Positions 1-9,017 of a DNA stretch of 64,000 bases are shown here, piece by piece (within the stretch, counting starts at the first letter, position 1; each line of letters opens with the position of its first letter). The position numbers and the translations under genes were made by a program. Source of the stretch: Gemmatimonadales bacterium. GTDB lineage: Bacteria; Gemmatimonadota; Gemmatimonadetes; Gemmatimonadales; GWC2-71-9. Location of the stretch: assembly GCA_037189525.1 (NCBI GenBank), contig JBBCJC010000002.1, forward strand, positions 1,120,001 to 1,184,000, in the 5' to 3' direction. Under the pieces are notes generated by a model. The model was not told where the DNA came from. It saw only the letters and a program-made list of their open reading frames with translations, and did not search any database.

Positions 1-2
1 TT

Positions 3-185
3 CTCCGCGGGCATCAGGTTGAGGCAGCGGCTTCGCCAGACGTCGTGACTGCCAACCAGGCCCGCCACCCGGTCGGCCAGGCCGCGAGGGGAGAGCTGGC
101 GAATCTCGGCTTCGATGCGGCGAATGAAGTCGAGACTCTCCGCCGGCATGACACGGTCATCGATTGAATGCGAAGCGAGACTCAT
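3..185 (-). CDS. N-terminal part of a serine hydroxymethyltransferase-like PLP enzyme (runs off window edge)
   Basis: ATG at 185 overlaps the permease stop (ATGA). Translation MSLASHSIDDRV...HDVWRSRCLNLMPAE resembles the SHMT-fold N-terminal LNLIxSEN motif. Not in the ORF track. Confidence 0.6.
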   Translation of the reverse strand, partial: MSLASHSIDDRVMPAESLDFIRRIEAEIRQLSPRGLADRVAGLVGSHDVWRSRCLNLMPAE

Positions 186-1564
186 GACGGCGCGTCCTTC
201 CGTCGGGCGGCGGCACGACGGGTCCAATAGAGGTAGAACGGCACACCCGACAGCGTCAGCACGATGCCGACGGTGGATTCGAGCGGACGCTGAATCAGCG
301 TATTGGTCAGATACCAGATACTGAACGCTGCAAAGATGAGCGGCGTGACGGGATATCCCCACAATCGATACGGCCGGAGGAGATCGGGCTCGCGCCGCCG
401 CAGCATCACGACGGACCACACGGCCAGTGCGCAGAAGAGGAAATCGACGAAGGCGTAGTACGTCAGGATCGTCTCGAAGCTGCCCGACAGCGCAAACAGC
501 GAGGCCAGGACTCCCTGGACCAGGATGGCGTTGGCCGGCGTCCGATGGCGCGGATGGATTCTTTCGAGGGCCGCAAAGAAAAGCCCGTCCTTGGACATGG
601 CGTAGTAGGTTCGCGTGCACGACAGCAGGACGGCATTGGCAGTCCCGAAGGTCGAGATCATCACCGCCAGTGCAGTCAGCCCCCCGCCGACCGGACCCAG
701 CAGCCGCTCCATGGCCAGGGCAGCCGGCCGCGTCGTCGTTTGCAGATCCTCGAACGGCAGCACCCGGAGCAGCGCCAGGTTGAGCGCGAGGTAGACGACG
801 AGCACGATGGCAATGCCGGCAAGGATCGAGAGCGGCAGGTTGCGCTCGGGACGTTTCACCTCGCCAGCCACGTAGGCGGAGTAGGTCCATCCGTTATAGG
901 CAAAGAGCGCCGGGATGAGCGCGGTGCCGAACGCGGCCAGCAGGCCCGCCCCGGCAGGCGGAGCCGAGATCGCCGCCGCGGTCGGGGGCGTACCCGGCGC
1001 GTCGAGCAGCAGGCAAACGGCAATCACCCCGGCCAGCGCAATGAGCTTGAGACCGGTCGCCACGTTCTGCACCGCGCCGGCCAGCCGAACACTGAGATAG
1101 TTGATCAGGGTCAGGAAGAGGATCAGGCCGATGGCCACCGCGCGTTTCTCGCCCGGTCCGTACGGAATGACCCGCTCGAAGTAGTAGCCCGCGTACTCCG
1201 CAAAGGCGGTTGCCACGGCCGCGATGGCGCCCGTGAAGGACGCGAAGAACATGGCCCAGCCGAACAGGAACGCCAGCAGCGGCGAGCGATATCCCCGCCG
1301 GAGGAAGACGTACTGGCCACCCGTTTCCGGCACCGCCGACGAAAGCTCGGCAAAGCAGAGTGCGCCGCAGGCCGCAATCAGTCCGGCAATGACCCATACC
1401 GCTAGCGCACCTGCCGGGGTGCCGATTTCGCGCGCGACGATGGCCGGGGAAATGAAGATCCCCGAGCCGATGATACCGCCGATGACGATGCTGGTGGCGC
1501 CGAGCGGACCCAAGGCGCGGGCCAGCCCGTTCCCGTCGCGCGGCGTATCGGTGGTCTCGGCCAC
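182..1564 (-). CDS. APC-family (LAT-like) amino acid permease
   Basis: IIGSGIF, AELSSAVPETGG, YNGW, GEVKRPERNLP, RPYRLWGYP motifs; about 12 hydrophobic segments; GTG start chosen immediately after the upstream stop. Confidence 0.92.
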   Translation of the reverse strand: MAETTDTPRDGNGLARALGPLGATSIVIGGIIGSGIFISPAIVAREIGTPAGALAVWVIAGLIAACGALCFAELSSAVPETGGQYVFLRRGYRSPLLAFLFGWAMFFASFTGAIAAVATAFAEYAGYYFERVIPYGPGEKRAVAIGLILFLTLINYLSVRLAGAVQNVATGLKLIALAGVIAVCLLLDAPGTPPTAAAISAPPAGAGLLAAFGTALIPALFAYNGWTYSAYVAGEVKRPERNLPLSILAGIAIVLVVYLALNLALLRVLPFEDLQTTTRPAALAMERLLGPVGGGLTALAVMISTFGTANAVLLSCTRTYYAMSKDGLFFAALERIHPRHRTPANAILVQGVLASLFALSGSFETILTYYAFVDFLFCALAVWSVVMLRRREPDLLRPYRLWGYPVTPLIFAAFSIWYLTNTLIQRPLESTVGIVLTLSGVPFYLYWTRRAAARRKDAPS

Positions 1565-1565
1565 G

Positions 1566-3260
1566 TCAGCGGCCCCGCGCCGCGGCAATGGCGAGCACGG
1601 CGTCCAGGGCCGGATCGCGACCGGCAAAATAGTCAGCCGCCCGCACCGACACCGGAAGCTCCGGAACGATGGCCTGGCGGCTGTCGGGCCAGAAGGAGAA
1701 CTGGTGGTACCAGTTGGAGATCGTTACCTGAATTCCGCTGTACGGCAGCGCGAAGAAGTTGGGGCCTTCTCCGACGAAGTTGGGACTGGAACCGGTCGGC
1801 TCGCCCACGAAGATGGCGTCTGTGAGGCGATCGACGTTGGTCGAAAAATTCTGCGCCGCCGAGAAGGTGTGCCGGCTGGTGAGGTAGAAGATCCGGCGCT
1901 CGGGGTCGGCGTCCTGGAACGCCGCGATCAGGCGGAGCAACGGCGGAAACAGGAAGCTGTTGCCCCCGGTATTGTGGCGGACATCGACGATCAGATGCCG
2001 TACCGCCGGGTCCGCTATGGCCGCCCGAAGCCTGGGCACGAAGCGGCTGAGCGGATCGTCTGCTACCTCCGCGACCTGATTGAACTGGAAGTAGACCGCC
2101 TGGGCTTCGGGCAACGGCGTGAGCCAATAGGGCGTCCTGACGTTGCGCAGATACAGAGGCGTTACCGCACTCGCCCCGGGTGGCGGACTCAGTTTGGCCG
2201 GCGCCTGAGTGCGGAGCGGACCACCGGCCAGCCGGACCTCGCGGGTTCGTCCGGTTGCATCCCGTACCGTCAACGTCACGGAATCGGGCGAATCCGACGC
2301 GCCGAGAGCGTGAAGGTAGTCGACGATGGTCAACGTCCACGCCCCGACCCACTTGAGGCCCATATCGTTGTCGCGATTGACCAGCGCCGGCAGGTCGGCA
2401 ACGACCGCATCGGCGGAACGAGCCCCGAATCGGAGCACTTGGCTTCCGATCAGGCCGGTTGCCGCGTCGGTTGCGCCGACCACGTAGACACCGTCGTCGA
2501 AGAGATAGAGATCGAGAGGAAGCTGTCGCGTCGTTGCGGGCGGCGCAACGCGGGTGTGACCATCTTCCAGGGCGACAACCAGTCGCTGCAACTCGACCGC
2601 GAACTGCCGTTCCGTCAGCAAAGGAATGCGCGTCTCGAGCGCCGAAGCCAGGGAGTCGAAGCGAGGGGAAAACGCCTGCCGTTTGAAACTCGCGTGGAGT
2701 CGCTGGGCCTCGCGGACGAGGAAGCGGACATCGTACCGATACCCCTCGTCGCGCGTAAAGGGCCGATCGGGCAGCATGCCGGCCAACTCGCGGAACTCGG
2801 GGTCACTGCGGTAGCTGCGGAAGATGGTGTCCGTCGCCAGATTGGTGCGGGGCGTATACCGCCAGGCGAGAGCCCGCCGGATCCACTCGAAGGCCCCCGC
2901 CCGGTCGCCCCGGAGCGCGGCAGCCTTGGCCAGTTCGTGCGCAAATCGTTCCCGGAAGAAGAAGGTGCCGTGCTCGATGGCCCGCTCCGCGCCGGCGGTA
3001 AAGTCCTGGCGGCCGCTCGCGTAGAACGAGGCGAAGGTGTACTTGTACCACATCTCCCCGTCGCTCGGGTAGTCGGCCGCCAGGCGGTGGTAGAGCCGGG
3101 CCGCCGTGGCATGATCCGCTAGCCGGCTCGCGGCATTGGCGCTGTCCAGCAGAATGAACCGGTCGACCGGCGGAAGCTGCTGAGCGCCGAGCAGGGCCGG
3201 AATCAGCGATGCGAGGATGAAACCACCGATGCGCCATCGGGGGAAGGACGGTCTCGGCAT
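1566..3260 (-). CDS. Secreted S41-family peptidase-like protein with N-terminal TPR-like region
   Basis: Signal peptide ending LLGA-QQ; LEDGHT, IVDVRHNTGGN, FSAAQNF, GEPTG motifs typical of S41. Confidence 0.8.
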   Translation of the reverse strand: MPRPSFPRWRIGGFILASLIPALLGAQQLPPVDRFILLDSANAASRLADHATAARLYHRLAADYPSDGEMWYKYTFASFYASGRQDFTAGAERAIEHGTFFFRERFAHELAKAAALRGDRAGAFEWIRRALAWRYTPRTNLATDTIFRSYRSDPEFRELAGMLPDRPFTRDEGYRYDVRFLVREAQRLHASFKRQAFSPRFDSLASALETRIPLLTERQFAVELQRLVVALEDGHTRVAPPATTRQLPLDLYLFDDGVYVVGATDAATGLIGSQVLRFGARSADAVVADLPALVNRDNDMGLKWVGAWTLTIVDYLHALGASDSPDSVTLTVRDATGRTREVRLAGGPLRTQAPAKLSPPPGASAVTPLYLRNVRTPYWLTPLPEAQAVYFQFNQVAEVADDPLSRFVPRLRAAIADPAVRHLIVDVRHNTGGNSFLFPPLLRLIAAFQDADPERRIFYLTSRHTFSAAQNFSTNVDRLTDAIFVGEPTGSSPNFVGEGPNFFALPYSGIQVTISNWYHQFSFWPDSRQAIVPELPVSVRAADYFAGRDPALDAVLAIAAARGR

Positions 3261-3363
3261 GAGCCCTCGAACTGTTGCGGGAACGATCGGCGGCGCTAAC
3301 GCTACATCCCGGCGCGACCGGTGTCTTGTATCCCGTAGAGGCGGGTTGGAACGAACGGCGTCC

Positions 3364-4179
3364 TCAGCCGGAGCGCGGCGTCCACGGCGTGCGGCGGTAC
3401 CGCGCCGGCGTAATGCCGGTGTGCCGCTTGAAGATTCGGGTAAAGTGGCTCTGGTCGGCAAACCCCGCGGTCACGGCCACCTCTGCGAGCGAACGGTCGG
3501 ACCCCGCCATCAGCTGGCGAGCATAGTTGATTCGCAAGCTGCGGATATATTCGCCCACCGAACATCCGAACTGTTGCCGAAACACGGTGGTCAGGTGGGC
3601 GGGATGGATGCCGACTTCACCGGCCAGACGGCGCAAGCCCAGCGGCATGGTAAAGGAGTCGTGCAGGATGTCCCGCGCCGTTTCGACCCAGGCCGGTCGA
3701 CCTGATAGCTGGGCAAGTCGGTTGGCCCGCGAGGCATGGACCATCAGTTCCAGCGCGATACCTTCGAGCACCAGGCCCGTCAGGTCATCCGGTTGCTCGA
3801 GCTCCCGGCAAATCCGAAGGCCCAGGTCGAGCAGGGTGCTGTTGACGAAGTGCATCGGCGCCGAGAGCGCGCGCTCGATCGCCCGGTCGCCCTCCAGACG
3901 CAGCGCCGGCACGCCCACCGCCAGATACCGGGCTCCCGTGCCTCCGACCCGGCACTCGTGCGACTCGCCCGCCGGTTTGAAGGTGACGTCGAATCGGCGA
4001 CAGGTCAGATGTTGCCGGCCCACCGTTTCCGTCAGCGACCCGTCCAGCATGAAACAGAACTCGGCCATGTCATGGACGTGCCAGGGCCGCTCGGCGTGCG
4101 GCGCGTAGCCCGCCTCGGTGAGCACGAAGCCGGAGGCCTGTACTTCGTGATAGCCGGTTTTTCCTGGGATGGCGTCCAT
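3364..4179 (-). CDS. AraC-family transcriptional regulator
   Basis: N-terminal cupin (HVH), C-terminal double HTH with GFADQSHFTRIFKRHTGITPARYR. Confidence 0.95.
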   Translation of the reverse strand: MDAIPGKTGYHEVQASGFVLTEAGYAPHAERPWHVHDMAEFCFMLDGSLTETVGRQHLTCRRFDVTFKPAGESHECRVGGTGARYLAVGVPALRLEGDRAIERALSAPMHFVNSTLLDLGLRICRELEQPDDLTGLVLEGIALELMVHASRANRLAQLSGRPAWVETARDILHDSFTMPLGLRRLAGEVGIHPAHLTTVFRQQFGCSVGEYIRSLRINYARQLMAGSDRSLAEVAVTAGFADQSHFTRIFKRHTGITPARYRRTPWTPRSG

Positions 4180-4206
4180 GAGTGCTCGAGCGTCGAACGG
4201 GTAGCG

Positions 4207-5604
4207 TCAAGGATACGAAGCCGTCAGGGAATCTACCATCTGACGCAGTTCGTTCCGGGCAAGCCAGCGCCCGCGGATGGCGACACCCGCGATGCGTCCG
4301 ACATTGCCGATGTCCTCCAGCGGGCTGGCATCGAGCAGCACCAGATCTGCCCGGCTACCCACGCTGATCGTGCCCCGGTGCGCGGCGTCGCCGATGAACT
4401 CAGCCGGGTTGCGAGTGGCCGTGACCAAAGCCTCGTAGGGCGACAAACCAGCCGCAACGAAGTGCCGGAGCTCCCGGTGCAACGAAGGGCCCGCGACCAC
4501 GGCCGGTACGCCGACGTCCGTCCCCGCCAGGAGCCGCACGCCTGCGTCCTGGAATCCCTTCACCAGCGCTTTGGCAAAGTCGCCGGCTTCCCAGAATGCC
4601 GCCGCATCCGTCGGGCGGAAGGCGCGATGGTACGGATTGCTGGCCGCGTCCCACGACGCGCGCATGGCCGGCGGTACCAGCTGCATCTCGTCGCCTGCCA
4701 TCAACGCGGGGAGGCTGTCCAACTGGCGCGGAATGTTGAGGAAGACTTCGAGCGTCGGTGTCACCCAGATCCCCGAGCGGGCCACCCGGCGGGCCAGGGC
4801 GGGAATCTCGGGAAGCAACGCGCTCGTGTTGTGACGATTCTTGGTGGCGTGATGGTTGAAGTGGCCGTACATCACTTCTTCCATATGCACGATGTTCGCC
4901 TGTCCCGAGGTCAGCGTCGTCTCGAGACAGGTGGAACAGTAACAGACGATCCTGGTAGGTTCGCAGCGATCGAGGCCGTCGGGGCCGAGACCGCGGACGA
5001 CATGGCCGACCACCGGGATCCCGATCCGTCGGGCCGCGGAGATGATGCCCCAGTAAGCGGCTCGATTGAGCTGGTTGTACACCTTGATGTATTGATAGCC
5101 CGCAGCCGCATCGTCGGTTGCGATCCGCTCGCCGTCGGCAAAGGTCAGCGTCGAGTCGTTCCAGATCGGGCCGGTGGTGACCATTGTCGGGCCGGTCACG
5201 GCTCCCGTGGCGAACTGTTCACGGAGGCGGAGATGTTCCGGAGAACCGCGCATGTTGAAGACGGTGGTGACACCGTGAGCGACATAGAGCAGGCCCAGCG
5301 CCCGGTTGACGGAGTCACTTCGCCCGAAGTGGACATGCATGTCCGCCAGCCCCGGAATCAGGAACTTGCCGCGGCCGTCGATTTGTCGCGCGTCCCGCGG
5401 AATCGCAACATCGGATGCGGGGCCGGCCGCCACGATCATCCCGTTGGCCAGGACCACTGTCTGATTGGGACGGGGAGTGCTGTCGTGCATCGTGATCGTG
5501 GTGACGTTGACGATGGCGACAGGAGCTGGAACGGAATGCGGGGAAGGGTTCTGGGCGCCGAATACGATTGCCGTCAGCAGACAGTAGCAGCCCAGATCAC
5601 CCAT
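4207..5604 (-). CDS. Secreted amidohydrolase-family protein
   Basis: DGRGKFLIPGLADMHVH, GVTTV, AGTD, ATRNPA, GSRADLVLLD motifs; start position approximate. Confidence 0.88.
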   Translation of the reverse strand: MGDLGCYCLLTAIVFGAQNPSPHSVPAPVAIVNVTTITMHDSTPRPNQTVVLANGMIVAAGPASDVAIPRDARQIDGRGKFLIPGLADMHVHFGRSDSVNRALGLLYVAHGVTTVFNMRGSPEHLRLREQFATGAVTGPTMVTTGPIWNDSTLTFADGERIATDDAAAGYQYIKVYNQLNRAAYWGIISAARRIGIPVVGHVVRGLGPDGLDRCEPTRIVCYCSTCLETTLTSGQANIVHMEEVMYGHFNHHATKNRHNTSALLPEIPALARRVARSGIWVTPTLEVFLNIPRQLDSLPALMAGDEMQLVPPAMRASWDAASNPYHRAFRPTDAAAFWEAGDFAKALVKGFQDAGVRLLAGTDVGVPAVVAGPSLHRELRHFVAAGLSPYEALVTATRNPAEFIGDAAHRGTISVGSRADLVLLDASPLEDIGNVGRIAGVAIRGRWLARNELRQMVDSLTASYP

Positions 5605-5713
5605 GACGCCATCCCGAAAAAGCACGCGAGCCCCGCGGATACGGGGCCCTATGATCGAGCATGGAAGATCGGGGGGTGATCGCCGGATGTCTTGAACGAT
5701 CGGCGGGTCGGGC

Positions 5714-6139
5714 CTATCGGCGGAGGGTGAAGCGACCGCTCGCGGCTTTGGGGCCGCCGACCCAGCGCCATTCACCTTCGATGGCGCCGGCTTTCCAACT
5801 GCCGGTCAACTCCGCCTGGCCGGTTTCGCCGTTCGGATTGAGGACGATGCGCACCGCGTCGCCGCGGGTGGCCTGGAGCGTGGCCGGAGCGGCATCAGGC
5901 CCCAGCCCGACCGTCGAGAACGGGATCCGGTAGCTGCCCCGAACCGGCTGGCCCGGACGAGCCGCCACGGCTACGATCGTTCCCGTCACCGTCTTGGTCC
6001 CGCCGGAACCGTCGTCGACGGTAAAGGACGCGGTCCACCGACCGGCCAGTCCGGAGTCCTGGGCAACCGCGCCGATGGCCAGGCCGGTCGAAATGACCAG
6101 CGTTGCCAGCGCAGCAATCAACCAGCGCCGTCGATTCAT
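5714..6139 (-). CDS. Secreted hypothetical beta-rich protein
   Basis: Signal peptide MNRRRWLIAAL...AVA-Q; ATGA overlap with the dacB stop. Confidence 0.7.
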   Translation of the reverse strand: MNRRRWLIAALATLVISTGLAIGAVAQDSGLAGRWTASFTVDDGSGGTKTVTGTIVAVAARPGQPVRGSYRIPFSTVGLGPDAAPATLQATRGDAVRIVLNPNGETGQAELTGSWKAGAIEGEWRWVGGPKAASGRFTLRR

Positions 6140-7650
6140 CGATCGCCCCTCGGCTCCCCGCCAAATACGTCCGCCGCCGCCGAGTCGGAGGGGATCACGA
6201 CACCCTCGGCGCCCAGCTGGCGGAATAGAGTCCACTGCGCTTGCCGGGCAGCGGATACGCTGGCCCCGTTGTACATCAGCGAAATCACCAGCACGCCGTC
6301 CGGCCGGCCCAGATACCCGACCAGCGACGCCACGTTCCCTAGCGTGCCGGTCTTGGCGCGAACCACGCCACTCTGGGGCAGGTCGTTACCCAGCCGGCGG
6401 AGCGTGCCCGATCCGTTGGCCGGCAGCAGCATCGGAAAATTCCGCCCCGCCGGAGACTGGGGGAACCGGGCCAGGTACGAAACGAACGTCATCGGCGAGA
6501 CCCGATTGAGATCGGACAGACCGCTGCCGTCCACGATTCGGACACCGGTGTAGTCGCCCGTGATCTGCTGTACATGTGCGGTAAGACGATCGGCCGGCGC
6601 CGGATCACCACGCGCCGCCCAATGGAGGAGCAATTCCGCCCCGAGGTTGAGACTGCGCCGATTGACTTCGCTCGCCACCGAATCGAAGACGGGTGACTGA
6701 ACCTCGGCCATGACCGTGGTGCCCGGGAGTGCAGAGCCGATTGCATCGCTCGGCGTCCATTCGATGCCGGCCTGTTCGAGCGCATGGGTCCACATCGCCT
6801 CGAGCAGCACGCGGGTGTCGGTTGCTGCGCGGGCCAGGCTCCGGGCGCTGGCTCGGGCGCCCAGCGTACCCGCGATCTGATAGCGTCCACCGGGCAGAGT
6901 TTCGATCCGAAGCTGCGACCGCCGCCCTGCCACCGTTTTGGCCGTGACGGTAAACAGCCGGGCGGCACCCGCCGGCGCCGTCGATGCCACCTTCACCGGC
7001 TGCCCCACGCGTCCGGGGGTCACCGTCGCAATGACCAGATTGTCGTGAACGGTCAGGTTCCCCACCGGCGGGGCGAAAACACGTCCCTGGTGCCGCGCCG
7101 ACCAGGTTGCCGGAAAAATCGCTTCGGCCTCACCGCTGGCGCTGACGACTTTGAGTTGGCCCAGCAGCCGGCGGATCCCGCGATCGGCCAGCTGAACGGC
7201 CAGGTCGGTCAGGCTGGTGACCGCCGCGCCCTGGTGCTCGAGGCTCGGGTCGCCGTTCAGTTCCAGCGCCCAGGTGCCCTGCCAGATGCCGGTACCCGGA
7301 TCGACCCGTCCGTCACCGACCACGCGGGTTGAATTTCGGGCGTCGCTGCCGAGGATGCTTCGGGCAAAACCGGTGGTGAGAACTTTGACGGTCGAAGCGG
7401 GAATCATCGGCCGGGTCGGCTGGATACCCCAGACGAGACGGCCCTGCTGGTCGCCGACGGCCACGCCCCAAGTGCCGGGCGCGCGTCGATTGGCTTCAGT
7501 GAACCAAGATTCGAGCTGGGAGCTGAGCGTGACGGGTGATGCTGCCGGATCGGCAGCCGAGGCACGAGCGACCCGAGTCTGAGCGGCAAGGCTGCCGCTC
7601 ACGGCCAGGAGGCCACTGACTCCGATCCATCCCCATCTCGTTCCCGCCAT
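6136..7650 (-). CDS. dacB: D-Ala-D-Ala carboxypeptidase/endopeptidase (PBP4, S13)
   Basis: PASTVK (SxxK), SLN, DGSGLS, AKTGTL motifs; signal peptide. Confidence 0.9.
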   Translation of the reverse strand: MAGTRWGWIGVSGLLAVSGSLAAQTRVARASAADPAASPVTLSSQLESWFTEANRRAPGTWGVAVGDQQGRLVWGIQPTRPMIPASTVKVLTTGFARSILGSDARNSTRVVGDGRVDPGTGIWQGTWALELNGDPSLEHQGAAVTSLTDLAVQLADRGIRRLLGQLKVVSASGEAEAIFPATWSARHQGRVFAPPVGNLTVHDNLVIATVTPGRVGQPVKVASTAPAGAARLFTVTAKTVAGRRSQLRIETLPGGRYQIAGTLGARASARSLARAATDTRVLLEAMWTHALEQAGIEWTPSDAIGSALPGTTVMAEVQSPVFDSVASEVNRRSLNLGAELLLHWAARGDPAPADRLTAHVQQITGDYTGVRIVDGSGLSDLNRVSPMTFVSYLARFPQSPAGRNFPMLLPANGSGTLRRLGNDLPQSGVVRAKTGTLGNVASLVGYLGRPDGVLVISLMYNGASVSAARQAQWTLFRQLGAEGVVIPSDSAAADVFGGEPRGDR

Positions 7651-7699
7651 TACCCCGCCCTTCCCGCGGGGTGATATGGCCGCGGACCAGGAACCGTCA

Positions 7700-8863
7700 C
7701 TATCGCAACATCGCCTTGGCGATGGTCTGCAACTGCATATTGCTCGTCCCCTCATAAATCGTGCCAATTTTGGCATCGCGGTAGAACTTTTCCGCCGGGT
7801 ATTCTTTGGAGTAGCCATATCCTCCAAAGAGTTCGAGCGCTTGTCCGGCGATGCGATTCGCGACCTGGGACGAGAACAACTTGGCCATGGCGGCCTCTTC
7901 AGTAAACGGCAGCGACTGATCTTTGAGACGCGCCGCATTATAGACCAGCAGCCGCGCAGCCTCCAGTTCGACTTTCATCTGGGCAATCTGGAACTGGACG
8001 CCCTGAAAATCCGCGATCGCCTTGCCGAACTGTTTCCGCTCTTGAATGTATTGCACACAGGCGTCGAGCGCTCCCTGCGCAATACCGATCATCTGCGCCC
8101 CGATTCCGATTCGGCCCTCGTTGAGCGTTTCGATTGCCACCTTGTACCCGACGCCGACCGGGCCGAGCACGTTGGCCGAGGGGACTTTGCAGCCTTCGAG
8201 GATCAGTTCCGTCGTGCTGGACGCCCGAATCCCCAGCTTGTTCTCCTTCTTGCCGACCGAGAAGCCGGGGAAATCACGCTCGACGAGGAAGGCGGTGATG
8301 CCCTTGTAGCCCTTCGAAAAATCGGTGTTGGCAAAGACGATGAAAATGCCGGCCTCGGCGCCGTTGGTGATCCAGAACTTCCGGCCGGTCAGTTCCCAGT
8401 CGTCGCCGACTTTGTCCGCTTTACACTGTAGGGCAAACGCATCGCTGCCGCTGGCCGGCTCGGACAGGGCGTACGCGCCGAGCAGGTCCGTCAGTGTCCG
8501 AGGGAAAAGGCGGGCTTTCTGCTCGTCGGTGGCCCAGCGAAGGATCGCGTTGTTGAAGAGCGTGTTGTGGACGTCGACGTAGATGGCGGCCGATGCGTCG
8601 ACCCGGGCCAGCTCTTCGATTGCCAGCGTCGCCATGAAGATCGAGCCGCCGGCCCCGCCGTACTCTTCCGGCACCTCGACGCCCATCAGGCCCAGTTCGA
8701 AGAACTTGGCGAGCAGGTCGGGGCGGAATTTGCCCGCCTCATCCATTTCCATGACGTGGGGCTTGATCTCCGTCTCGGCAAAATCGCGGATCGTATCCCG
8801 GAACAACTGCTCTTCTTCCGAGAGGACGGACAGCGCGGGGGTGGGGGCGGCAATGCTGGACAT
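7700..8863 (-). CDS. Acyl-CoA dehydrogenase (short/branched-chain type)
   Basis: ALSEPASGSD, KFWITNG, KLGIRAS, RKQFGK, FGGYGY, IYEGTSNMQ. Confidence 0.95.
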   Translation of the reverse strand: MSSIAAPTPALSVLSEEEQLFRDTIRDFAETEIKPHVMEMDEAGKFRPDLLAKFFELGLMGVEVPEEYGGAGGSIFMATLAIEELARVDASAAIYVDVHNTLFNNAILRWATDEQKARLFPRTLTDLLGAYALSEPASGSDAFALQCKADKVGDDWELTGRKFWITNGAEAGIFIVFANTDFSKGYKGITAFLVERDFPGFSVGKKENKLGIRASSTTELILEGCKVPSANVLGPVGVGYKVAIETLNEGRIGIGAQMIGIAQGALDACVQYIQERKQFGKAIADFQGVQFQIAQMKVELEAARLLVYNAARLKDQSLPFTEEAAMAKLFSSQVANRIAGQALELFGGYGYSKEYPAEKFYRDAKIGTIYEGTSNMQLQTIAKAMLR

Positions 8864-9017
8864 AGAGGGACTCCACAAGTGATCGTCGGGTAACCTCCTA
8901 ACATAGTGCGACCGGCGGCTCGTGGTGAAGCCGTCCCGGCCCCTGCTTTCGCCGTCCGCGAACTGTGCAACTCCGAGCCACGCGGGCATCTCCCGGACCC
9001 CACATTATGGAGACCCC

